Positions 55,169 to 64,000 of a DNA stretch of 64,000 bases are shown here, one piece after another. Position numbers and translations under genes: made by a program. The notes under the pieces are model-generated. The model ran no database searches and had not been told where the DNA came from. It worked only from the letters and a program-made list of their open reading frames with translations. Each line of letters starts with the position of its first letter. Within the stretch, counting starts at the first letter, position 1. The stretch comes from Octopus vulgaris (Eukaryota). Where the stretch lies: contig OX597814.1 in NCBI GenBank assembly GCA_951406725.2, forward strand, positions 190,216,001 to 190,280,000, read 5' to 3'.

Positions 55169-55701
55169 TACATACAAACAGACAGATGTACGTACGGAAT
55201 TTTATACTCTGTCTTCCGTACTAGTCATTAAGAATATAAATATAAATTTCGGCTCCGAGCTTTCAACAAGCATACATCGACTTCCGTCTTTCGCAAGCCG
55301 ATTTTTCACATGCGTTCTAACTCATTTTTCCACCGTCTAGGCCTAAAAAAGCCCTTATTGTTGGTTCCCTGTCCTGTTATTCTTTATTTGTACTGTTTTT
55401 TCCACTGTTTTTTCTTCATTTGTATTGCTTTTACGTCCTGTTCTTGTCACTTGTTTTACCCCTCTGCAAAAGAATTTTATTTAATTCCTTTTGCAGGAAG
55501 GACTGCTTCAGCCTGGCCGTGTTCTGCCCTTACCTTCGAAACAAGCATTGAGTCGAACGAGGGGCAGCTGATGAAGGGGAATTTTCCTTGTATTGTTTGT
55601 CCTGTACTCTGCTTTTTCGTTGTTAAAAAAAGTCCGTTTCCTTGTTTGATTTTATGTTTTCGTTTCTCGTTGTGTTCTACGTTTATTTGTGGTGTCCTGT
55701 A

Positions 55702-55765
<64 letters not shown>

Positions 55766-55890
55766 TGTATATATACATATTGATGTAAGTATGTACATAT
55801 ATGTATGTATATATGCATATATTTTATTTATTTATTATATTGTTATTATATGACCGAACGCACGCGTTATTTCTCTTCTCCAAGTAAGTT

Positions 55891-55935
<45 letters not shown>

Positions 55936-55980
55936 CATCATACTCTTTAAACATATAGCATGGACTCTCTTTATTATATA

Positions 55981-57118
55981 CTAGCAGCATAGCCCGGCGT
56001 TGCCCGGGTATGTAAGAGCCCCTAGTAGGCAACAACTAATCCCAATCTAGTCCTTTCCCTCTAGGGAACGAAGGCGCATGTGTAGGTTGCAATGTCTTCT
56101 CTTCACTCCCAAATAACTATCAAACAGTTATCGATAATTCAACCCAACCAATTCCTACCAGGAAGAAATTACATTCGAGACTTTACCCCCAACACCGCCA
56201 CTTCTGCTAATAGCTGCTGCAGCCGCAAGTTATTCGAATACATTTTTGTTTAAACTTTCTTTATAACTACCACTCCAAACGTTTTACCTTAAATTTTTGA
56301 CGTACTCTAAGAGTCCTCGGACGCTACTTGCAAACTCTTGGTTTATTATAAACCGCTTTTGTCGTGTGCCCCAAAAACCCTTTTCCAATTTGGTCACTTT
56401 TGACTTTTTCCTTGTTGTCACTCACATTGCTGCCCGCGTTTTTTGCCGTTTTTGTACATTTTTATACATTTTGGGATACTTTTCCCACGTGTTCCGAGAG
56501 TTAAAAAGGTAGAGTTGCGTCCCCTAGACAGTCTGTGGTTTGTGTTTAATACACAAATCGGTTTGCTATGTGTGCCACATATGATTTAATTAACCGATTT
56601 TTTCCACTAATAAAGTATCCTATTGGAATAAAAAGGGCCATATATCTCATTGGAACAGACATGATGCTCGCTGTGAATTAAAAAAAAATCCTGCCAATTT
56701 GTGAAAGATATTGTCGAAAATATGTCATCTTGAATTTGAACGCGATTTCCCAGAATGGCATGATTTTATCGATTTTTTTCTGGTGGTAAGGTATTGCATG
56801 GAAAACTAACGTCAGAATTAAGTTTCGTAGGCTAACATTAAGCTTCACCATGAGTTTGGTGAAAATCGATTGCAAGTTGCGAAAACTACAACAGAAAATA
56901 TGTTGCATATAAAAAGCTTAGATTCTCGACCCCATGTCGAATTTATCAATTTTTTTCAGAACTGGGGGAACTTTTCAAAATTTTTGCTGCGTTAGTTTTG
57001 AATTATGTGTGTGTCAAGTTTCATCAGAATCGGTTGGAAGCCGTGGTCAGGGTGAGGGTACAACCTGACAGACACACAGACACACAGACAGACAAACTGC
57101 CGTTTATATATAGAGAGA
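55981..57118 (-). mobile_element. Non-autonomous Helitron-like element (~1.1 kb)
   Basis: Reverse-complement 5' TCTCTATATATAAACGGCAGTTTGTCTGTCTG; 3' cccgggcaacgccgggctatgctgCTAG followed by T. Confidence 0.7.
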
Positions 57119-57269
57119 TAAAAAAAATTTTTTGATAAGGTTCGTTATTTCAAGAACCGAAACATGTTAAATTAAAATTAGTCTAATATAGCGGCATTTT
57201 CAAACTTCATTTTTTACAAATATATACCCACTCGTATACGAGCTAATCTTATTATAAATATAATCTTAT

Positions 57270-57344
<75 letters not shown>

Positions 57345-57378
57345 TGAGAGTGAGAGACAGACAGACAGACAGACAGAC

Positions 57379-57457
<79 letters not shown>

Positions 57458-58722
57458 CGTTACTGGTGGTGTTTCCTGAATGAATGTGTTATATCGCAAT
57501 ACCACACAGTGGCTCTGTGAGCTACGAAATCTTCGTCGCCACTGTTATATCGCACGTTCCGATGACATCTACTCAACTCCAAACGTCTAGACTTCTCCCT
57601 CTATATCTACGTATTGGGCGAGCCTACTTCATCGTCTGGGGGCATCCACACAACAGAATGCAAGGCAAACAATTCATGCCTAAGATACGTAAATGAATGC
57701 AAATAACAATTTAGATATTAATTTAAATCTTTCATGAAATTAATTAAAATCTTTTTTTATGAGAAACCGATGAAAGAAGAGCATATATTAATGGTTTTAT
57801 GTAGTCTCTTTTGATTACATGACTTTCATTTTTAACTTGCATGCGCTGGGTTATGTACCAAATATTGCCTCTGATATGGATACACATATATCGTTTATCT
57901 TTTACTTGTTTCATTCATTGGACGACGGAAATGTTTGGGCACCACCATGAAGGGTTTTAGTCAAACGAATCGATCCCAGTATTTATTTTTTCTTTTAAAC
58001 TTAGTCCTTATCGTATCGGTGCCCTTTGCCGAACCGCTAGATCACGGGGATGTAAATAAACCAACCCTCTTCTTTCTTTCGCTCCCCCTCTCTCACATTT
58101 CCTGGCCTTCCCTTCATCGTCACCTTCCTTCCTCTTTCGCTTCACTCAGTCCCTTTTCTTTTTTTCTCGTCCCTCCTGAATTCTTCTATCCCTCTGCCTC
58201 TACCTCTCTCCTCTCCTTCCACGTGACCGGTGATCGGCCAAGCCTGACTTTTCTTTTTGGTTCGACTACAATCCGTGCAGCATCTATATTCCTTCACGTG
58301 CCTGTCATCTCTTATGTCCCTGCTGTAAGGCTTCACTTCTACACCCGCCAGCTTAATTTAACTCGTCCTTAGTCGAAAGACACCTGTTGTTAATGTCCTG
58401 TTGTTTACATTTGTATTTATGTACCATTTCTCCGTTTTTTCCGTCCTTGTTTTCGTATACATTCTTCCAAGGAATCTAGTACTCTTAGCTTAGATTTTCC
58501 TTGGGGCTGACCAGATTGGAGCAATCTCGAGTATAACCAGCCGAAACTACAAAGATAATCTGGAACTCGACAGACGAAAGAAGACTCCGGATAACTCGCC
58601 CTTGTCTTTTCATGTCCCTTTTTGTATCATCCAACTGTCTGGATGTTTTGTTGTTGCCTGTTGCGTTCTTGTCCCATTTTGTGTATTCTTTTTTATATAC
58701 ATATGTATGTACACTTTGGTCT

Positions 58723-58781
<59 letters not shown>

Positions 58782-58783
<2 letters not shown>

Positions 58784-59930
58784 TTGGTTGGCATCCTTTC
58801 TGTCTCGGGAGACAATGGAGTTGCGCATAAAGTAGTCTAGTCCGGCTTTTATATTTCATGTCCTGATACATTTCCTGCTGTGGCTGTGTAGTCCTATCCT
58901 GGACAAACACTCCCTCTGGCAGGTACCGCAAATGTAGCGAAGACTGTTCCTGGCTGGTTGTAATGCCATAATTTCTTGTTGTCTATTCTTTTCTTTCCAT
59001 TTCTCCTCTCTCTCTCTGTCACTCCTTTGTACTCCCTCTTTTACGGTACGTCGCCATTCTCCACGGTTGCCGGCAACTGCCTCCCAACCGCTAATATTGA
59101 TGTTGCAGGCCTTCATGTCCCTTTTGCAAACATCCTTGTAACGTAAGATCGGTCTACCCACAGACCTAGTACCCCTAGCAAGCTCTCCGTAGAGTATGTC
59201 CTTGGGGATTCTGCCATCTTTCATACGGCTAACATGCCCAAGCCATCTCATACGTCTTTGTGTGAGGAGTGCAAACATGCTTGGTATTCCTGCTTGCCTG
59301 AGGACATCTTTGTTGGGGATATGATTCTGCCACTTGATGCGGAGGATTTTTCGGAGGCAGCGCAGGTGAAAGATGTTTAGGCGACGCTCTTCGCGTGTGT
59401 ATAGCGTCCAGGTCTCACTTCCATACAGTAGAGTGCTGAGTACACATGCCTGGTAGATCTTCATTTTCGTGGTCTTGGTCAGCTTATTGTTGTCCCAAGC
59501 CCGTTTGGAGAGTTGGGCCATCGCAGCAGCTGCCTTGCCAATGTGTATATTGAGCTCAGCGTCAAGGGATAGGTTGTAGGTGACGGTAGAGCCCAGATAG
59601 GTAAACTTCTCCACCTCTTGTAATCTGTGGTCTCCAATATATATGTTTGGGATGTCCGATGTAGCCTGGCCCATGATGTTGGTCTTCTTAAGGCTGATAG
59701 CTAAGCCAAAGTCGTTACATGCTTGCTCAAAACAGTTAATGAGCCTTTGGAGGGCTTCTTCTGTGTGTGTTACCAGAGCGGCATCATCAGCAAATAACAT
59801 CTCCTTGATCAGGACGTTTCTGATTTTGGTCTTGGGACGCAGGCGCGAGAGATTGAACAGTTTCCCGTCACTTCTACTGTGCAGAAACACTCCATCATCT
59901 GATGTCTGAAAGGCATGTGAAAGTAAGAGC
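58782..59930 (-). pseudogene. RTE/BovB-like LINE 3' portion (RT C-terminal half, open frame, with 3' UTR)
   Basis: ORF 58856..60028: DGKLFNLSRL..MLFADDAAL..FTYLGS..STLLYGSETWTLY..LRCLRKIL..RWLGHV..IPKDILYGEL..CGTCQRECLSRIGLHSHSRKC; 5' side cut at (TA)n. Confidence 0.93.
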
Positions 59931-60101
59931 GATATATATATATATATATATATATAAAATAAATATAAGAGAGTGGTCACTATATGGCTCACTCTATCAC
60001 CAGTTAATCCAAAAGGTTTCAACCACAAAAATACATGTTTCCCATGAAAGTCAGTACGATTGTTAGCTCACACGGACAGGGCAAATAAAAAATAACAAAT
60101 A

Positions 60102-60197
60102 CAGATTATTTTGGGACAATTGTTTCGCTATTAATGAATTAAATGTAATTTTACTTACAATAAAATCCACTTGTAGCTCTTCAGCCAAAACTATCTG
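60102..60197 (-). ncRNA. Type I hammerhead ribozyme (array copy 1)
   Basis: Reverse complement of 61986-62081. Confidence 0.9.
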
Positions 60198-60634
60198 GAT
60201 GAAATCCACTCAATCACACGCCAGATTTTACCATAACGATAAATACGCGTGTGGTTCAATTGATTACATCCGACGTTATAATTCAAATGCCCCAACTAAC
60301 AGCGCGTCAAACTTTCACGGAAAACAAATACAGCATTTAGAAATAAATGCAGCATAATTATAATTAATTAATAAGGGTGAGAGAATTAGATACTAATTTA
60401 ATAGTATATCTATTCTACACCAAGTGGCCTAGTGCTTCGAGAAACCTGGATTATTATAATATTTTATAATATATTATAATATTTTTACAAAATAAATATA
60501 AGAGAGTGGTCACTATATGGCTCACTCTAGCACCAGTTAATCCAAAAGGTTTCAACCACAAAAATACATGTTTCCCATGAAAGTCAGTACGATTGTTAGC
60601 TCACACGGACAGGGCAAATAAAAAATAACAAATA

Positions 60635-60730
60635 CAGATTATTTTGGGACAATTGTTTCGCTATTAATGAATTAAATGTAATTTTACTTACAATAAAATC
60701 CACTTGTAGCTCTTCAGCCAAAACTATCTG
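60635..60730 (-). ncRNA. Type I hammerhead ribozyme (array copy 2)
   Basis: Same sequence as copy 1, +533 bp. Confidence 0.9.
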
Positions 60731-61167
60731 GATGAAATCCACTCAATCACACGCCAGATTTTACCATAACGATAAATACGCGTGTGGTTCAATTGATTAC
60801 ATCCGACGTTATAATTCAAATGCCCCAACTAACAGCGCGTCAAACTTTCACGGAAAACAAATACAGCATTTAGAAATAAATGCAGCATAATTATAATTAA
60901 TTAATAAGGGTGAGAGAATTAGATACTAATTTAATAGTATATCTATTCTACACCAAGTGGCCTAGTGCTTCGAGAAACCTGGATTATTATAATATTTTAT
61001 AATATATTATAATATTTTTACAAAATAAATATAAGAGAGTGGTCACTATATGGCTCACTCTAGCACCAGTTAATCCAAAAGGTTTCAACCACAAAAATAC
61101 ATGTTTCCCATGAAAGTCAGTACGATTGTTAGCTCACACGGACAGGGCAAATAAAAAATAACAAATA

Positions 61168-61263
61168 CAGATTATTTTGGGACAATTGTTTCGCTATTAA
61201 TGAATTAAATGTAATTTTACTTACAATAAAATCCACTTGTAGCTCTTCAGCCAAAACTATCTG
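61168..61263 (-). ncRNA. Type I hammerhead ribozyme (array copy 3)
   Basis: Same sequence as copy 1, +1066 bp. Confidence 0.9.
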
Positions 61264-61985
61264 GATGAAATCCACTCAATCACACGCCAGATTTTACCAT
61301 AACGATAAATACGCGTGTGGTTCAATTGATTACATCCGACGTTATAATTCAAATGCCCCAACTAACAGCGCGTCAAACTTTCACGGAAAACAAATACAGC
61401 ATTTAGAAATAAATGCAGCATAATTATAATTAATTAATAAGGGTGAGAGAATTAGATACTAATTTAATAGTATATCTATTCTACACCAAGTGGCCTAGTG
61501 CTTCGAGAAACCTGGATTATTATAATATTTTATAATATATTATAATATTTTTACAAAATAAATATAAGAGAGTGGTCACTATATGGCTCACTCTAGCACC
61601 TTTCATGGGAAACATGTATTTTTGTGGTTGAAACCTTTTGGATTAACTGGTGCTAGAGTGAGCCATATAGTGACCACTCTCTTATATTTATTTTGTAAAA
61701 ATATTATAATATATTATAAAATATTATAATAATCCAGGTTTCTCGAAGCACTAGGCCACTTGGTGTAGAATAGATATACTATTAAATTAGTATCTAATTC
61801 TCTCACCCTTATTAATTAATTATAATTATGCTGCATTTATTTCTAAATGCTGTATTTGTTTTCCGTGAAAGTTTGACGCGCTGTTAGTTGGGGCATTTGA
61901 ATTATAACGTCGGATGTAATCAATTGAACCACACGCGTATTTATCGTTATGGTAAAATCTGGCGTGTGATTGAGTGGATTTCATC

Positions 61986-62081
61986 CAGATAGTTTTGGCT
62001 GAAGAGCTACAAGTGGATTTTATTGTAAGTAAAATTACATTTAATTCATTAATAGCGAAACAATTGTCCCAAAATAATCTG
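61986..62081 (+). ncRNA. Type I hammerhead ribozyme (inverted arm)
   Basis: cagat-a-gttttgg CTGAAGA GCTA..(extended stem II)..TAGC GAAAC aatt GTC^ ccaaaat-a-atctg; fully canonical core; predicted cleavage after 62068. Confidence 0.92.
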
Positions 62082-62348
62082 TATTTGTTATTTTTTATTT
62101 GCCCTGTCCGTGTGAGCTAACAATCGTACTGACTTTCATGGGAAACATGTATTTTTGTGGTTGAAACCTTTTGGATTAACTGGTGCTAGAGTGAGCCATA
62201 TAGTGACCACTCTCTTATATTTATTTTGTAAAAATATTATAATATATTATAAAATATTATAATAATCCAGGTTTCTCGAAGCACTAGGCCACTTGGTGTA
62301 GAATAGATATACTATTAAATTAGTATCTAATTCTCTCACCCTTATTAA

Positions 62349-62386
<38 letters not shown>

Positions 62387-62926
62387 CTCACAGAAATTCC
62401 ATCCTTGATTCGTAGGTTTTATTTACAATCTTATAATAATATAATATAAGATAATATGATATGATGAAATGTTAGAATATTAAATGTCCATTCTGAACAG
62501 GCCAGTTCATCTCAAATTCTTTGTAAACTCCTAAATATATCTCCTTTTGTGTATATATATATATACCACCAAAATATGACCTTTTTGAAATAATAATTTT
62601 CTGTGTATATATATATACTTACTTCCAAACAAACATGATTTTTAATGAAATCCTAATATTTTTAATGAACTTTTTAATATTTTCTCAAGATTTTTCCTTG
62701 TAAACTGTTTTAACATTTTCTTATTACTATCAAAGAATGTATATATGTATTGTAATATTTTGTGACAACCATTACTTAACAGCACAAAGCTTTTACATTT
62801 TTCTTTTGATAATCTTTTTCTAAAAAAGTGAAACCGGTCAAGTGAATAAACACCTTTTAAAATTGCATTTTCAAACCTTCTTTCATATATATTTCCACTT
62901 CTGCGGTACCGTACAACTTTACTTTG

Positions 62927-63026
<100 letters not shown>

Positions 63027-63082
63027 GTACGGTTAAGTAATTGAGATTCTAAGATGTCCTCGTACGAAACGATCGTACCGAG
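63027..63082 (+). ncRNA. 5'-truncated hammerhead (stem II to stem I 3' strand)
   Basis: GTAC..GTAC GAAAC GATC GTA ccgag; the CUGANGA box is replaced by (TA)n. Confidence 0.45.
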
Positions 63083-63131
63083 ATTTTAATCCATTCTTGT
63101 TGCTTTTTTTCTATATTTATATATATGTATG

Positions 63132-63181
<50 letters not shown>

Positions 63182-63244
63182 CATATATATATATATACAT
63201 ATATATATATACATATACATATATATACACATATACATATACAC

Positions 63245-63302
<58 letters not shown>

Positions 63303-63739
63303 AAGATGTGGAACACGAGTTGGGATATATAAAAAAATGAAATGAAGAAAATGCTGACAAAATAATTTAAGTAAAGGAGAGTGTATTTAATTAGGTGAAA
63401 GTTCTTTTTTAAACAAAAAAAGAGAAAAATTGGGTTAGAATACAATGTTAATTTTTTGTGAATGATTTCAGCGTATAAGAAAAAAGTAAGAGTCTTTTAC
63501 AGTGTTCTGTTTCAGAATAAGATATTTAGTAAAAGCGTGTAATATACAGTTTTTTGTGGAAAAGTTCAATGTCAGATTTCAGTGTAGGATAAAAAAATTA
63601 AGAGTTTACCGGTTGCGTATTTGTTATGCTTATCAAAAGATATTTTGAGTGAGATAGAGTTCCTTGCTGATTAATTTTTTCTCTTACTAACCGACGGTTA
63701 GTAAGGAGAGACACAAATAAGTAAGAAGAAAACAAAGGA

Positions 63740-63779
63740 CCACTGATGCGGTCACAGGAGTGTGACGAAAGAACTCTGG
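63740..63779 (+). ncRNA. Minimal type I hammerhead-like motif
   Basis: cca CTGATGC g GTCACA-ggag-TGTGAC GAAAG aa CTC tgg; A9C variant. Confidence 0.55.
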
Positions 63780-63957
63780 CCGAAATTAAGATTAAGATTA
63801 ATGTAAAAAATAAATAACACTGAAGCAAAGTAACACCAAATATATAGTGCGTGTGTTTTTATTGGCTAAACTGGCAAAATGACCATTCCTAAATACAACA
63901 ATATCTGTTTCAACACACGACTTCACATAAAAAATCTTGCACAACAAATATTTAAAC

Positions 63958-64000
<43 letters not shown>

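Larger units (their letters stand above)
59956..62357. mobile_element. Hammerhead-containing 533-bp tandem array with inversion (retrozyme-like)
   Basis: gagtggtcac at 59971, 60504, 61037 and 61570 (period 533). Orientation flips at ~61600; the ~757-bp inverted arm runs to 62357; (TA)n on both sides; no ORF. Confidence 0.9.

Overview
Eukaryotic, AT-rich, repeat-saturated DNA with no supportable host protein-coding gene; almost all listed ORFs are microsatellite artefacts. The repeat content (tRNA-derived SINEs, RTE/CR1/Dong-R4 LINE remnants, dense TA/CA/TAA/GATA microsatellites) resembles an octopus (coleoid cephalopod) genome; this is an inference. Contents: a near-full-length but broken Dong/R4-type RLE retrotransposon in (TAA)n, RTE and CR1 fragments, mariner derivatives, non-autonomous Helitron-like elements and several modular SINE families. 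Highlights: (1) a 533-bp, almost identical tandem array with a head-to-head inversion (59956-62357) in which every complete unit carries a canonical type I hammerhead ribozyme, i.e. a retrozyme/Penelope-dependent circRNA-like element; (2) several further hammerhead or hammerhead-like motifs in other repeats; (3) a U6 snRNA copy fused to the start of an RTE LINE ORF; (4) SINE concatemers with an exact 184-bp period and the same junction at two loci; (5) a bipartite RTE-derived element sharing its 3' tail with an RTE LINE in the window. All alignments and folds were done by eye, so boundaries are approximate.
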